Below, one piece after another: positions 1 through 9,101 of a DNA stretch of 44,179 nt. Position numbers and translations under genes: made by a program. The DNA comes from Propionicimonas sp. Lineage in GTDB: Bacteria; Actinomycetota; Actinomycetes; Propionibacteriales; Propionibacteriaceae. Position 1 is the first letter of the stretch; each line of letters opens with the position of its first letter. The notes beneath the pieces are model-generated. The model made no database searches. It was not told where the DNA came from and saw only the letters and a list, made by a program, of their open reading frames with translations. The stretch is from positions 1 to 44,179 of the forward strand of contig JAXGTK010000001.1 in NCBI GenBank assembly GCA_040774965.1. The letters are read 5' to 3'.

Positions 1-92
1 GGATGACCGACCGGTTCGCGTTCGAGACCGCGGTCGACCTGCTCGGCTGGAACCCCGACCGGCTTCCGAAGGGCATCGGCCGCGGCGCCTGA
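1..92 (+). CDS. dgt: 3' end of probable deoxyguanosinetriphosphate triphosphohydrolase (partial)
   Basis: Frame from position 3 reads MTDRFAFETAVDLLGWNPDRLPKGIGRGA* (TGA 90-92). (G)MTDRFA is typical of dGTPase C-termini, and dgt-dnaG synteny is common. Confidence 0.6.
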   Translation, partial: MTDRFAFETAVDLLGWNPDRLPKGIGRGA

Positions 93-202
93 CGCGGAAT
101 GGGGACGGTTCTCATTCCCCGCCGCTGGTTCGCGACCGACGCGGAATGGGAACCGTCCCCGTTCTCCGCCGACGCGGAATGGGAACCGTCCCCATTCCCG
201 CC
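91..202. repeat. Three REP-like palindromic units of 32-33 bp
   Basis: GACGCGGAATGGG-core-YYYRTTCYC(C)GCC at 91, 138 and 171. The core is GACGGTT in unit 1 and its reverse complement AACCGTC in units 2 and 3. Confidence 0.85.
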
Positions 203-250
203 GGGTTGGTGCGGGGTCCGGGAGTCCGTGGCGGGCCCTAGAATCACGGG

Positions 251-2119
251 GTGGCCGGACTGATCAACGAGGAGGACCTGGCGACCGTTCGGGAACGCAC
301 CCGGATCGAGGACGTCGTCGGCTCCTACGTGACCCTGCGCCGCACCGGGGGCGGGTCGCTCACCGGGCTGTGCCCGTTCCACGACGAGAAGACGCCGTCG
401 TTCCACGTCACACCGGCCCGCGGCTTCTGGCACTGCTTCGGTTGCGGCGAGGGCGGGGACGCGATCAGCTTCGTTCAGAAGATCAACAACGTCAGCTTCA
501 CCGAGGCCGTCGAGTTCCTGGCCGACCGCGTCGGCGTCCAGCTGCGCTACACCGACGGCGGCGGGGTCCGGGTCGAGCCCGGGCTGCGCCTGCGGGTGCT
601 GGAGGCCAACCAGTTGGCCGCGGAGTTCTTCGCCGGTCAGCTGGCGGGCGCGGCCGGCCTGCCCGGGCGCCAGTTCCTCGACGGCAGGGGCTTCGACAAG
701 GCCGCGGCCGAGCAGTTCGGGATCGGCTTCGCGCCCACGGGCGGGCGCGAACTCGGCCAGCACCTCAGGACGAAGGGCTTCAGCGACGAGGAACTGGTCA
801 AGGCGGGCCTGGTCCGGGAGAACGGCTGGGACTTCTTCCAGGGCCGGGTGCTGTGGCCGATCCGGGACGCCGGGCGCTCCGTCCTCGGCTTCGGGGCGCG
901 GAAGATCTTCGACGACGACCGGATGCCCGCGAAGTACCTGAACACGCCCGAGACGATCGTCTACAAGAAGTCGACCGTGCTCTACGGACTCGACCTGGCC
1001 CGGGCCAACATCGCGAAGAAGAACCAGGCCGTCGTGGTCGAGGGCTACACCGACGTGATGGCCTGCCACCTCGCCGGCGTCGACACCGCCGTCGCGTCCT
1101 GCGGCACCGCGTTCGGCGACGACCACGCCCGGCTGCTGCAGCGGCTGCTGGGCACCGGCGACGTCTCCGGGGGAGAGGTCATCTTCACCTTCGACGGGGA
1201 CGCGGCCGGCCAGGCGGCGGCCCTGAAGGTGTTCAAGGGCGACCAGAACTTCCTCGCCCAGACCTACGTCGCCGTGGAGCCCACCGGGCTCGACCCGTGC
1301 GACCTGCGCATCCAGCACGGCGAGGCGGCGCTGCGCGAACTGGTCGGACGCCGGGTGCCGCTGTACCGGTTCGTGATGCGCAATGTGCTCTCCGGCCACG
1401 ACCTCGACCGGGTGGACGGCCGGCTGGCCGCGCTGCGGGCCGCGGCGCCCCTGGTCAGCAGCATCCGCGACGCCTCGCTGGTCTCCGGCTACCTGCGGGA
1501 GCTGGCCCAACTGCTCGGCATGGACCCGGAGGAGGTCCGCCGCGAGGTGAAGGTGACCGTGCAGCGGCAGGCCCGTGCGCCGCAGCGGCGTCCCGAGGTG
1601 CCTCCGGGCGACGCGCTGCCCGGCCTGCCCGAACCGGAGCCCGGGTTGCCCGTGCCCGATCCGAGGGATCGCAGGCTGGAGGCCGAGCGCGGCACGCTGC
1701 GGCTGATCGTGCGCGCGCCGGAGACCTTCGACGCCACCTGGAACGGGCTCGGCGTGGACGACTTCATCCACCCTGCCTACCGGGCGCTGTTCGCCTCGGT
1801 GCTGGCGGCCGGCGACGGGCCGGGCTCGTGGACGCAGCGCATCCTGGACGCCAACCCCGACCCCGTGCTGGAGCAACTGGTGGTCGCGCTCGCCGTGGAG
1901 CCCGTCCTGCGCGATCCCACCGAGGGCTACGCGCGCGAGTACTCCGCCCAGTTGCGGGTGCAGAGCCTCGCCCGCAGCATCGCGGACCTGAAGTCGAAGC
2001 TGCAGCGCACCAACCCGCTCGACGACCAGCCGGCCTACAACCGGATGTTCGCGAGCCTGGTGAACCTCGAGAAGGATCGCAAGGAGCTGCTCGCCCTGGC
2101 CACCGGCCCCGCCGTGTGA
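251..2119 (+). CDS. dnaG: DNA primase
   Basis: CHC2 zinc finger CPFHDEKTPSF...CFGC, KYLNTPET, TOPRIM motifs VVEGYTDV and FDGDAAG. GTG start 6 nt after TAGAAT (leaderless). Confidence 0.98.
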   Translation: MAGLINEEDLATVRERTRIEDVVGSYVTLRRTGGGSLTGLCPFHDEKTPSFHVTPARGFWHCFGCGEGGDAISFVQKINNVSFTEAVEFLADRVGVQLRYTDGGGVRVEPGLRLRVLEANQLAAEFFAGQLAGAAGLPGRQFLDGRGFDKAAAEQFGIGFAPTGGRELGQHLRTKGFSDEELVKAGLVRENGWDFFQGRVLWPIRDAGRSVLGFGARKIFDDDRMPAKYLNTPETIVYKKSTVLYGLDLARANIAKKNQAVVVEGYTDVMACHLAGVDTAVASCGTAFGDDHARLLQRLLGTGDVSGGEVIFTFDGDAAGQAAALKVFKGDQNFLAQTYVAVEPTGLDPCDLRIQHGEAALRELVGRRVPLYRFVMRNVLSGHDLDRVDGRLAALRAAAPLVSSIRDASLVSGYLRELAQLLGMDPEEVRREVKVTVQRQARAPQRRPEVPPGDALPGLPEPEPGLPVPDPRDRRLEAERGTLRLIVRAPETFDATWNGLGVDDFIHPAYRALFASVLAAGDGPGSWTQRILDANPDPVLEQLVVALAVEPVLRDPTEGYAREYSAQLRVQSLARSIADLKSKLQRTNPLDDQPAYNRMFASLVNLEKDRKELLALATGPAV

Positions 2120-2222
2120 CGGGGTGTGAGCACGTCCCCAGGAATCGGGTGTTGCCCGGATGTTGCTGCACAGTCGGGAACTCGTACGGTCACATCCCGG
2201 CCGGTTCCCGCAGGGTGGGCCC

Positions 2223-3077
2223 ATGCGAAGAACCGAACCCACCCCACTGCTGACCGCCGCGGAAGAACGGACGCTGGCCCGTACGATCGACGCCGGGATC
2301 CTCGCCCGTCACCTGCTCGAGACCGGGGAGCGTCCGGTTCCGGCCACGGACGCCGAACTCGCCGAGGTCGCCGCCGAGGGCGAGCGGTCGCGGCACCGCT
2401 TCCTGCTCGCCAACGAGCGACTGGTCTGGAAGCTCGTCGGCCACGAGGCCCGGCGCAGCGGCCTGCCCGCCGACGAACTCTTCCAGGAGGGGTTCCTGGC
2501 GCTCGCGGACGCACTGCAGCGCTTCGACCCCGACCGCGGCCGGTTCTCCACCTACGCGACGGTGCGCGTCCGGCAGCACCTGGCCGAGGTGTCCTCGGCC
2601 CGGTTCGGGCAGCTGGCGCTGCCCCCGAGTCGCGCGCTGCGGTTGCGTCGTGCGCGTGCCCTCGAGGCGGCGCTCGCCCACGAACGGGGCGGGGGCGTGG
2701 GCACCGCGGAACTCGCGGCCGAACTGGGCCAGCCGGTGGACCGCACGGGCCGGCTGCTCGGCTACCGCCCGCCGGTGGCCCTCGATCCGCTCACCGACGG
2801 CGCCACGATCCCGGAGGTCGATCCGCACGATCCCGACGCCGTGATCTGGGCCGCCCAGTTCCGTCGGTTGTTCGCCCGCCTCGACGCGGACCAGGCGCAG
2901 GTCATCGCCCTGCGCTACGGCTTCGTGACCGGCGAGCCGGTCGGGCGGGCCGACGTCGCCGACCGGCTCGGGGTGAGCCAGAGCACGGTACGACGCCTCG
3001 AACTGAGGGCGATGGAGGTGCTGCGCCCGCTCGCCGGGGCGCTGCATCCGGAACGGGAGGAACCGGTGGCGGGGTGA
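2223..3077 (+). CDS. Divergent sigma-70 family RNA polymerase sigma factor (RpoD/HrdA-like architecture)
   Basis: Region 1.2 PLLTAAEERTLA; region 2 LLANERLV..ELFQEGFLAL..RFDPDRGRFSTYA; region 4 HTH VIALRYG..DVADRLGVSQSTVRRLE. Start taken as ATG 2223. Confidence 0.9.
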   Translation: MRRTEPTPLLTAAEERTLARTIDAGILARHLLETGERPVPATDAELAEVAAEGERSRHRFLLANERLVWKLVGHEARRSGLPADELFQEGFLALADALQRFDPDRGRFSTYATVRVRQHLAEVSSARFGQLALPPSRALRLRRARALEAALAHERGGGVGTAELAAELGQPVDRTGRLLGYRPPVALDPLTDGATIPEVDPHDPDAVIWAAQFRRLFARLDADQAQVIALRYGFVTGEPVGRADVADRLGVSQSTVRRLELRAMEVLRPLAGALHPEREEPVAG

Positions 3078-3087
3078 GTGGCCGGGG

Positions 3088-4653
3088 TCAGGACGTGAGC
3101 GGGTCGAGCTTGCGCATCACCGCGTAGGGCTCGGCCTCGAGGCGGCGTCCCGCCCAGCCGAGCATCGCCCGGGCGAGGACCACCGTGCCGACCAGGGCGG
3201 CCAGGCCGGTGAGCGGGCCGCCGACCACGCCGGCGAGCCCCCACCACAGTGCCCCGCCGATGCCGGCGACGGTGAAGAACCCCATGAACCAGCCGAACAC
3301 CTTGAGGAACGAGCCGCGCCGCTGCCCGATCCGGGACTGGTCGCTGGGGTTGAGCACGCTCGACAGCGTGCCGACGCCGAGCCCGAGCACCACCACGCAG
3401 AGGCCGGCGAGGATCGCCGAGACGAGTTCGGCACCGTCCGCCCCCAGCACGATCGTCTCGACCAGGCTGAACGCCAGCACGAGGGGCGTCAGGTACAGCA
3501 GGGGCGCGAGCGCCTTTCCGACCAGCACCCGGCGCAGCGGTGCGCCGCCCAGGACCAGGTAGGTGAAGCCCTGCCCGTCGTAGCCGAACAGGTTGAAGCT
3601 GCCGGCCACCACCGACATCGCGGCGAAGGCCGCCGTCTGCGCGGCCAGGCCGTACTCGGCGAAGCTGGCGTGGGCGACGACGACCCCCATCACGGGCGGG
3701 ATGACCAGGGTCTGGATGGCCCGCGGCGAGCGCAGGAAGAAGTAGCGCAACTGCTGGGACGTCGCGGCGAGCGTCGGACCGGTGCGCAGCCCGCGCAGGA
3801 TGCCGGGAGTGAGCGGCAGGTCGGTCGCGTTGCGGCGCGCCCTCGCGCGGTGCCGGGTCCCGATCGCGCCGTCGACCCGGCGGCCGAGCACCCAGACCCA
3901 GGCGACCATCGCGAGCCCCGTCGTGACGAGGACGATGCCGAGCCGCAGCGCCATCTCCAGCCAGTCGCCGTCCCGCGCGGCCAGGATCGCCCGCCCCGCC
4001 GCGCCGGGAGGCGTCCAGCTGAGCACGGTGCCGAGCGGGCTGGACGCGGTCTGGTTGACCAGCCCGGCCGCCGTCGAGCGGGCCTGCTGGGCGAACAGGT
4101 AGACCACGAGCACGAGCAGGCTGGCGGCGAACGCGGCGATGTCGGTGCCGCGCCGGGAACGGAGCGCGCCGGCCAACAGCGCCTGGGTCGCGCGTGAGAC
4201 CGCCACGCACATCACGGTGAACACCAGCGCGGTGAACAGTGCGGCCACCCGGACGGGGATGGGCTCGGAGTACGCCACCACACCGCCGGTGGCGAACAGG
4301 AACGTGAAGGCGGCGGTGGGGGAGACCAGCGCGCCGAGCAGGAGCCCCCCCGCCTGCTGCCAGCCGGTGAGCGGGAACTGTTCGAGGCGTTGCGGGTCGA
4401 CAGTGCCGTCGGCGAGGGTGGGCTCCACGATCGGGCCGACCACCCACGGGAAGAAGATCGAACTGAAGGCCACCAGCAGCAGCAGGTCGCCCGGGCCCCC
4501 GGCGGTGAGCAGCGCACCGGTGCCCATGCCGGCGAGCAGGCCGCCGACCAGACCCAGCACCCAGGAGGTGGCGAAGTAGAGCTGTGCCCCGTTCCCCCTG
4601 CCGCGCGTGCGGCGGGCGATCGCCAGCCTCAGTCGGAGGAGGACGAGAGCCAC
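3088..4653 (-). CDS. ABC-2 type exporter permease
   Basis: Many hydrophobic TM segments; overlaps the adjacent ABC ATPase gene. Confidence 0.8.
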   Translation of the reverse strand: MALVLLRLRLAIARRTRGRGNGAQLYFATSWVLGLVGGLLAGMGTGALLTAGGPGDLLLLVAFSSIFFPWVVGPIVEPTLADGTVDPQRLEQFPLTGWQQAGGLLLGALVSPTAAFTFLFATGGVVAYSEPIPVRVAALFTALVFTVMCVAVSRATQALLAGALRSRRGTDIAAFAASLLVLVVYLFAQQARSTAAGLVNQTASSPLGTVLSWTPPGAAGRAILAARDGDWLEMALRLGIVLVTTGLAMVAWVWVLGRRVDGAIGTRHRARARRNATDLPLTPGILRGLRTGPTLAATSQQLRYFFLRSPRAIQTLVIPPVMGVVVAHASFAEYGLAAQTAAFAAMSVVAGSFNLFGYDGQGFTYLVLGGAPLRRVLVGKALAPLLYLTPLVLAFSLVETIVLGADGAELVSAILAGLCVVVLGLGVGTLSSVLNPSDQSRIGQRRGSFLKVFGWFMGFFTVAGIGGALWWGLAGVVGGPLTGLAALVGTVVLARAMLGWAGRRLEAEPYAVMRKLDPLTS

Positions 4654-5390
4654 GACAGCTCACCCTCCTCGAGATCGCGCCCGCCGACGAGCTCGACGAA
4701 CGCGTCCTGCAGGTTGCGTCCACCGGAGACCTCGGCGACCGTGCCCTCGGCCAGCACCCTGCCGGAGCCGATCACGACGAGGCGGTCGCACAGTCGCTGC
4801 ACGACGTCCATCACGTGGCTGGCGAACACGACCGTGCCGCCACCGCGGCGGTAGAGCTGGAGCACATCCTCCATCACCTGGGTGTTCACCGGGTCGAGGG
4901 CACCGAACGGCTCGTCCAGGATCAGCACCCGGGGGCTGTGCAGCAGTGCGACCGCGAGGCCGACCCGCTTGATCATGCCGAGCGAGAAATCGGCGATCAG
5001 CTTCTCGCCCTCGTCGGCGAGGTCGAGCACCCGCAGGAGTTCGGTGGTGCGGGTCGCGACCACCTGCGGGTCCATCCCGCGCAGCATCCCGGCGTACTCG
5101 AGCATCTCCGCCGCGGTCAGCCGGTCGAACAGGACGGGGTTGTCGGGGACGAAACCCACCCGGGTCTTCGCCTGCCGCGGGTCCGGCCACACCTCCACGC
5201 CGTCCAGCACGGCGTTGCCGGAGTCGGGACGCAGCAGTCCGGTGAGCATCCGCAGCGTGGTGGACTTGCCCGCCCCGTTGGGTCCGGCGATCCCGTAGAA
5301 CGTGCCGCGAGGGATCGCGAGGTCGACCCCGTCGACGGCTCGCAGGTCGCCGAACGTCTTGACCAGACCATGGGCCTCGAGTGCTGGCAC
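4629..5390 (-). CDS. ABC transporter ATP-binding protein
   Basis: Walker A GPNGAGKST, signature FSLGM, Walker B LILDEP, H-loop ASHVM. GTG start after GGAGG. Confidence 0.95.
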   Translation of the reverse strand: MPALEAHGLVKTFGDLRAVDGVDLAIPRGTFYGIAGPNGAGKSTTLRMLTGLLRPDSGNAVLDGVEVWPDPRQAKTRVGFVPDNPVLFDRLTAAEMLEYAGMLRGMDPQVVATRTTELLRVLDLADEGEKLIADFSLGMIKRVGLAVALLHSPRVLILDEPFGALDPVNTQVMEDVLQLYRRGGGTVVFASHVMDVVQRLCDRLVVIGSGRVLAEGTVAEVSGGRNLQDAFVELVGGRDLEEGELSWLSSSSD

Positions 5391-5500
5391 GGCACCTCCC
5401 GTCGTACCGCCCGCACCCGCTCCACGGTGCAACCGGCGGGTGCAGCCTACCGGCCCGTGGCCCGGGAAGCAGTCGCCCGCAGAGGGACGTCGGGGCCTGG

Positions 5501-6322
5501 TCACGCCCTGCCGAACAGCCCCGCGAGGTCCTCGTTCCAGACGTCGAGGCCGAGTTTCACGATCAGGACGGCCACGACGACCAGGAACGCCGCCCGGATG
5601 AACCCGGTGCCGCGCGCGATGGCCGTCCGGGAGCCGAGGTAGCCGCCGGACAGGTTGGCGAGGCCCATCACCGCGCCGAGCCCCCACATGACGGCGCCGG
5701 TCGGCGCGAACAGGAGCAGCGCGCCCAGGTTCGTGGCGAAGTTCACGATCTTCGCCTTGGCGGAGGCCTGCAGGAAGCTGTAGCCGAGCACGCTGACCAG
5801 CGCGATCACCAGGAAGCTGCCGGTGCCCGGCCCGAGCAGGCCGTCGTAGCAGCCGATCGCTGCGCCGATCAGGGCGGCGTGGCCGTGGTGCCGGCGTCCG
5901 CTGTAGCGCAGGGCCGTCTCGGCGCCGAGCGCCGGGTGGAGCGCGGTGAAGACCGCGACCGCGAGCAGGGCCAGCACGATGATCGGGGTGAAGACCGCCA
6001 CCGGCAGCATGGTCGCCAGCGCGGCTCCCACGAAACTCCCGGCCAGGGCGAAGCCGGCCATCGGCAGCGCGGTGCGCAGGTCGGGATGGACGCGCCGGTA
6101 GTAGGTGACGCTGGCGGTCGACGTGCCGCAGATGGACGACAGCTTGTTGGTGGCCAGGGCCTGCACGGGATGGATGCCCGGCACGAGCAGGATCGCCGGC
6201 AACTGGAGCAGCCCACCGCCACCGACGACCGCGTCCACCCAGCCCGCGGCGAACGCCACGGCGACCAGCAGGAGCACGCCCTCCCAGCCGAGGCCGGTCG
6301 GCAGCAGGCTGGTCGGGTCCAC
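5501..6322 (-). CDS. TauE/SafE (TSUP) family membrane transporter
   Basis: AGWVDAVVGGGGLLQLP, ALATNK, YDGLLGPGTGSF, AKIVNFATN. Start uncertain (6322 or 6340). Confidence 0.9.
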   Translation of the reverse strand: MDPTSLLPTGLGWEGVLLLVAVAFAAGWVDAVVGGGGLLQLPAILLVPGIHPVQALATNKLSSICGTSTASVTYYRRVHPDLRTALPMAGFALAGSFVGAALATMLPVAVFTPIIVLALLAVAVFTALHPALGAETALRYSGRRHHGHAALIGAAIGCYDGLLGPGTGSFLVIALVSVLGYSFLQASAKAKIVNFATNLGALLLFAPTGAVMWGLGAVMGLANLSGGYLGSRTAIARGTGFIRAAFLVVVAVLIVKLGLDVWNEDLAGLFGRA

Positions 6323-6429
6323 GGAGCACGCTTTCGGCATCGGTACGGGTCAGGCCAGGATTCTAGATGCTGGGTGCTGCCGACCCGGACGAGGGCTAGC
6401 CTCTCACCGACAGCGGGGAAGGAGACGTC

Positions 6430-7287
6430 ATGACGACAACACCACGGGTGAGTGTGCTCGGGCTGGGGATCATGGGCTCCGCCATGGCGCGGCGCGTCGT
6501 GGGGGCAGGCCTGGCCACGACGGTCTGGAACCGCTCGGCGGCCCGGGCCGCGGCGTTCGACGGCGTGGCGACGGTGGCCCCGAGCGCTGCGGCGGCGGTG
6601 GCCGACGCCGACGTCGTGCTCAGCATGCTGTTCGACGCCGACGCCGTGCGCGCCGTGATGTCCGCGGCCCTGCCTGCCGTGCGGCCCGGGACGATCTGGC
6701 TGCAGTGCTCGACCATCGGGGTCGCCGCGGCGCGCGAGTTCGCGGGGCTCGCGGGCGCGGCCGGGGTGCGGTTCGTGGACGCGCCGGTGGTCGGCACCAA
6801 GGCTCCGGCCGAGAACGGGACGCTCACGGTGCTCGTCGCGGGATCCGAGGACGCCGTGGACGAGGCCCGGCCGGTGCTGGAGGCGATCTCGGCGAAGGTG
6901 CTGCGGGCCGGTGCGCAGGCTCCGGCGGCGTCCGCGCTCAAGCTCGCCGTGAACGCGTGGGTCGCGACCATCACCGCCGGCATCGCGCAGTCGCTGACCA
7001 TGGCCGCCCGGCTGGGGCTCGACCCGGACCTGGTGCTCGAGTCGTTGCGCGGCGGAGCCGCGGACAGCCCGTACGCCCACCTCAAGGGCACAGCGATGCT
7101 GTCCGGCGGGTTCGATCCGCAGTTCGAACTGGTCGGGCTGCTGAAGGACGTCCGGCTGGCCCGGGCTGCGCTGCCGGACCTGCCGCAGGACCTGCTGGCC
7201 GCGTTGGAGGCGCTGTACGCGTCGGCCGCGGACGGCGGATCGGCCCACGAGGACATCGCAGCGGTCTGGCGGGCGTTCCAGGACTGA
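6430..7287 (+). CDS. NAD(P)-dependent beta-hydroxyacid dehydrogenase (3-hydroxyisobutyrate DH family)
   Basis: LGLGIMGSAMA, VWNRS, FVDAPVVG, catalytic LKLAVN. Confidence 0.92.
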   Translation: MTTTPRVSVLGLGIMGSAMARRVVGAGLATTVWNRSAARAAAFDGVATVAPSAAAAVADADVVLSMLFDADAVRAVMSAALPAVRPGTIWLQCSTIGVAAAREFAGLAGAAGVRFVDAPVVGTKAPAENGTLTVLVAGSEDAVDEARPVLEAISAKVLRAGAQAPAASALKLAVNAWVATITAGIAQSLTMAARLGLDPDLVLESLRGGAADSPYAHLKGTAMLSGGFDPQFELVGLLKDVRLARAALPDLPQDLLAALEALYASAADGGSAHEDIAAVWRAFQD

Positions 7288-7301
7288 GCGGGGGAGGCCA
7301 G

Positions 7302-8276
7302 ATGCCAGCGATCCCGATCGTCATCGACACCGACACCGCACAGGACGACTGCATCACGATCCTGCTCGGCCTCCTCGACCCGGCGGCCGACCTGCGGGCG
7401 ATCACGATGGTGGCGGGCAACGTGGGCTTCGACCAGCAGGTCGCCAACGCCCACCTGGCCCTGGACGTCGCGGGACGGCTCGGCCAGGTTCCGGTGCACA
7501 TCGGCTGTCGGCGTCCCATGCTGCGCACCTGGGCCTCTGCCGAGGACGTGCACGGGGACGGCTCGGGCGGACTCTCGATGGACCTCACCCGGACCCGCAA
7601 CGACGGCGAGCACGCGGTGAACGCGCTGCTCCGCCTCACCGCCGAGGCTCCCGGCGAGCTCAACCTGATCGCGATCGGGCCGCTGACCAACATCGCCACC
7701 GCGGTGGTGATGGACCGCGACTTCGCGTCCCGGGTGCGGAGCCTCTCGATCATGGGTGGCTCGAACAACGGCCGCGGCAACATCACGCCCAGCGCCGAGT
7801 TCAACTTCTTCGTCGATCCCGAGGCCGCCCAGATCGTGCTCGACGCGGGCTTCGCCGACCTCCGGATCATCCCGTGGGCTCCGCTGACCCTGCGCGATGC
7901 CACCTTCGCGCGTCGGGACTACGACCGGCTCTGCGCGATCGGGACGCCACTGGCCCGGTTCTTCCGGCGGATGTGCGATGCGACCATCGACTACGACGAG
8001 TCCGTCGGGGTGGACGGCTCCACCCATCCCGATTCGTTGACGCTGGCCCTGCTGCTGCACCCGGAACTGGTGCTGGCGAGCGCCCCGTACCGGGTGGACG
8101 TCGAGACCGCGTCCGGGCTCACCAGGGGGATGTCGACGATGGCCTGGGCGAAGTTCGGCCTGACTCCCAACGCGCAGGTGGTCGAGCAGGTCGACTCCGC
8201 GGGCTTCTACGCGGTCCTGCAGCGCCTGCTCGCCACCTCGACCGAACCCACCCTCCCGATCGCGGGCCTCGACTGA
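7302..8276 (+). CDS. Nucleoside hydrolase (IU-NH family)
   Basis: DTDTAQDD, AGNV, VHGDG, IGPLTNIA, AEFNFFVDPEAA. ATG 7302 after GGGGAGG. Confidence 0.93.
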   Translation: MPAIPIVIDTDTAQDDCITILLGLLDPAADLRAITMVAGNVGFDQQVANAHLALDVAGRLGQVPVHIGCRRPMLRTWASAEDVHGDGSGGLSMDLTRTRNDGEHAVNALLRLTAEAPGELNLIAIGPLTNIATAVVMDRDFASRVRSLSIMGGSNNGRGNITPSAEFNFFVDPEAAQIVLDAGFADLRIIPWAPLTLRDATFARRDYDRLCAIGTPLARFFRRMCDATIDYDESVGVDGSTHPDSLTLALLLHPELVLASAPYRVDVETASGLTRGMSTMAWAKFGLTPNAQVVEQVDSAGFYAVLQRLLATSTEPTLPIAGLD

Positions 8277-8369
8277 CGCGGCAACCTCTCCCGGAACTTC
8301 CGCCAGGAACGACGAATTCCGGGAACGCCCCTGTGCGTGGGCGAATGGCCCCTGCCTGAGCAGGTCGGG

Positions 8370-8400
8370 TGTCGCCCGAACGGGGGTCGCCCGAACGGGG
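8370..8400. repeat. Tandem 15-bp direct repeat KGTCGCCCGAACGGG x2
   Basis: TGTCGCCCGAACGGG (8370) followed by GGTCGCCCGAACGGG (8385), upstream of the 8502 ORF. Confidence 0.75.
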
Positions 8401-8501
8401 TCTTATGCCGGGACCGGCCCGAGGAGTGAAATCGGTGCTCGGAGGTATCACCCACCCACGGCGCCGCCTCTTCTGCAACGGCAAGGCCTTGGGAGGAGAT
8501 C

Positions 8502-9041
8502 ATGCTGAGGATGGACACCTGGGAGCAGGATGACGCTCCGCAGTCGGCGACGCGGGTCGCGACCCGCCCGACGCACTACTTCCGGCACGCCGGCCAGAGC
8601 GCCGCGTCGCTGGCCCGGCTGATCTGCGACCACAGCATCGACTACCGCTGTACCGACCACATCACCGTGTGGGCCCGGGAGGTGCGCGGGTTCGGCCCGG
8701 ACCTGGTCACCGAGGACGCGTACGAGGTGCTCGGCTGGACGAGCGCCGCGATCCTGCGGACCTCGCTGGCGCGTCGTCTGGACACCCTGAATCCGGTCGC
8801 GGCCTTCCGCCTGCTCGACCAGCCGGAGATCGGCAGCCTGGAGCTGTCGCGCGCCGACTACGTCGTGCTGCGCAGCCGCTACGGCTACGGCAACGAGTGG
8901 CCGTCCGAGCTGTCCGGGGCGATCTCCGGCCTCGACCTCGACCTGTGGATCGGCGCGGGACCGGCCGAACTGGACGGCGCGGTCGCGATCGGCTTCGAGA
9001 CCTACCTGCGACGCTTCGCCGGTACCGAGATCGCCGACTGA
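8502..9041 (+). CDS. Hypothetical protein (179 aa)
   Basis: Strong GGAGGAG RBS and protein-like composition; no family recognised. Confidence 0.75.
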   Translation: MLRMDTWEQDDAPQSATRVATRPTHYFRHAGQSAASLARLICDHSIDYRCTDHITVWAREVRGFGPDLVTEDAYEVLGWTSAAILRTSLARRLDTLNPVAAFRLLDQPEIGSLELSRADYVVLRSRYGYGNEWPSELSGAISGLDLDLWIGAGPAELDGAVAIGFETYLRRFAGTEIAD

Positions 9042-9101
9042 ACCCCGTCGGGGGCACGTCCGGGACTATCCGGGGGACGCACGCTCCGGCATACTCGCGG
9101 C

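Noticed and set aside
91-202. Possible mini-CRISPR array
   Set aside because: Units abut or are 14 nt apart, the core inverts between units, and there are no unique spacers or cas genes.
2120-2222. ECF (SigH/SigR-type) promoter GGAAT..GTTG or a tRNA after dnaG
   Set aside because: The spacer is 16 nt, shorter than the usual consensus, and no tRNA cloverleaf or TTCGA arm is present.
6105-8276. N-terminally extended ORF calls (723-aa nucleoside hydrolase, 566-aa ABC ATPase, 667-aa regulator, 597-aa secreted protein)
   Set aside because: The extensions overlap other real genes; true starts are supported by RBS or stop/start coupling (7302, 5390, 36518, 34262).
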